Shown here piece after piece: positions 61,901-64,000 of a DNA stretch of 64,000 bases (positions within the stretch are counted from its first letter, which is position 1; the number at the start of each line of letters is the position of its first letter). Where the stretch lies: assembly GCA_013265495.1 (NCBI GenBank), contig MU058451.1:2909305-2973304 (forward strand). The letters run 5' to 3'. This DNA comes from Vicugna vicugna (taxonomy: Eukaryota). The notes under the pieces were generated by a model that made no database searches, was not told the origin of the DNA, and was given only the letters and a program-made list of their open reading frames with translations. A program made the translations under genes and the position numbers.

Positions 61901-62854
61901 CATTACAAGGAAGTCACCTTCCTGTGAAAAATCACTTATACCAAACTAATAGTTGAAAATTAACCAGAACCCTAGTAGAACAAAATAAAAATTCATGGAA
62001 AAGGTAACCTAAAATTGTTTTTAAAGATATGATACGCCCACTAACATTAAAGAAATACAGACAGAATATAAACTATAATGATATTGACTTTCAAAAGAGA
62101 AAGAGAACCCTTTTGTCCAGGAGAATTTAAGAATCTCAAATTCCGTACCCTCCACAATTCCTTGGCAGAGATTGAGCTTCTTCCTAAAACTGGTGGTAAT
62201 AAGTTTAGTTGGGATCCACCATGTGCCCTGACTCATGGTTGACTTTGAGCTTTGATCACTAATAAGTGAAGTGTGAATCAAGTCAAGCAATCTTGTGAGG
62301 ACCTGTTCTACTGAATATTATTTGAACCAAAGGAAAATGACCCCCTCCCCCCCAAAAAAAAAGGCTGGACAAGAAAAACTTTCAAAAGGAAATAGACAGC
62401 TGACTGTTGAGCAAACTTAGATTTTTTTTAAAAAACAGTAAGCTCTTATGTTATGCCTTATTACAGATTTTGGTGATGTCAAATATAAAGGAGGAGCCAA
62501 TGTTATCACAGTCAGTAAAAGTGACTTCCTGGAGATTCCACATCTGGGAGCACTCACAGGTACCACTGGACCAGCTCAGGCCTCTGAAGAACGGAATTAA
62601 CAGTTCGCCTTAACCAGAAGCTCTTCTTCCCTGGCTGTGCTGTAAGTCCTGACACTTTAATGATGCTGACTTAATCAGGGGAAAGGGTACCTGTAACACA
62701 TCCTCTGGCATTTTCTGTACTTCCTTGACTGTTGGCCGGATTACAGGATGATGAATTGCGAGAGCTATGTTTCCTGCCGGAGAACTGTGGCTTAAAAAGG
62801 TCCGGCCAAACAGAATTAGAAGCACTGGCAGTGTTCATACCCAAAGTAGTGAGG

Positions 62855-63230
62855 ATTTAATTCACTCATTCATCAAATATTTACTAGAGCTCTTAAGAAA
62901 GTGTCCTGATCTAAACGAGCTGCTGGGAACACAAAAGTGAGCACAGCTGCCATCAGGGCCTGGCGCTCCAAACAGGTTGAAGATGTTAAACAAATATACT
63001 GCAAGACAACGACAATGTAGACTAATGGGGGCGTCTGCGCTGAGGGGGTGGCAGTGGGGCGGGAGGCGGTGAGGTCAGGGAAGCCCTCTGTGAAGAAGAG
63101 ACGTTATGCCTAAACCAGAGGGGGCAGCTGCCTGCGGGGGAGGGAAGAACAAAGACTTTCCCGAAGGAAAGCTGTCCTGGCTGAGTCATGCTGGGCACGG
63201 AGGAAAGAGGGAGTGTGGTATGAAACTGTA
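62855..63230 (-). mobile_element. L2 3' end relic
   Basis: ttcactcattcatcaaatatttact (reverse of the L2 tail) followed by gtcagggaagccctctgtgaagaagagac. Confidence 0.6.
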
Positions 63231-64000
63231 ATATATCCTTTTGAAAGAAAAGTCTGGGAAATAGATTTTTCCTGTACGATTTTTTAAAAAATGATGTCAC
63301 TTTCAATATGTAAGTCCCAAACTGGCAAACATGGCCTCCACTCTCTAGTTGTGCAAACGGACATAGCAAGCTCACCAGATCCCTTGACCCTGAGGTCCTC
63401 CCCAGGCTACCGGGCTGCTCCCCCCAGCCCCGCCCCCCGGTCTGGCTATCCCTGTGACAAGTGCAGCAGAGCGAGGCTGGGTCGGGGACAGCATGGGGCT
63501 CCCTCCTGACACGCCCTGTCCAGGGGCTGCTGTGACCACCTGAGGCAGCACTGAGGGCTGGGGAGAGGCTGGGAGCCAGCAGCCCCACACCACTGGCTGG
63601 CCCGTCCCATCCCATCACTGACCTTTCACAGTGGTACCAGGAGCCCGCCCAGCCAAGCACCCTCCTGGCTTCAACGAGGCTGGCCACAGAGTCAGCCAGC
63701 GGTGATCGCCACCCACCTCCACACCATCTTCCCTTCCCAGCTTGCTTTCTTCTAATCTGTCTGATACAACGAAGCCGGCATAAGCAAATGCCCCAGGTGC
63801 TCACGACTGCTTTCGGCCACAGCTCTCCCGTCCTTTTCCCCAGACCTCTTCCATCCTTTAGCGTGATAACTATCTCCTCTGAGGCCCAGATTCTACAAAG
63901 CTCTTCCTTTGCCTGCACTCCTACCTGAATTGTCCATTTGTGTCTACGGAAGTATGGTTCTCTGAGGGCCACTTATTTTCTGTATCAACCAAATGCCTCA

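Noticed and set aside
63022..63972. 316-aa ORF on the minus strand, the longest in the track
   Set aside because: No recognisable domain, Trp/Gly/Arg-rich composition typical of GC-rich non-coding DNA, overlaps an L2 relic, and has no MORN repeats, so it is not a JPH1 exon.

Overview
Mammalian genomic DNA, most likely a camelid (camel/alpaca/llama), judged from three tRNA-Ala(AGC)-derived SINEs. The window holds the 3' part of junctophilin-1 (JPH1) on the minus strand. Three coding exons were resolved by splice sites and phase (19428-19546, 9815-10449, 3382-3476, the last with the C-terminal transmembrane anchor and stop). A probable non-coding last exon/3'UTR runs about 880-3184 with poly(A) signals. 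Everything above 19546 is a long intron; I found no MORN-repeat exons, so they presumably lie beyond the window. The rest is intronic DNA with L1, L2, MIR, MaLR, ERV1-LTR, DNA-transposon and SINE relics and two assembly gaps. Most interesting: two short polyadenylated, TSD-flanked inserts (4329-4462 and 25908-26071) match only the inferred R region of an ERV1/MER41-like LTR family, and a solo LTR of that family is also in the window, suggesting a SINE-like family of 'R-only' LTR transcripts mobilised by L1. Also notable are a perfect 21-bp hairpin, a tandem NAGNAG acceptor, an old local duplication and a structured minisatellite. Repeat family names come from my recall of consensus sequences, not from a database search.
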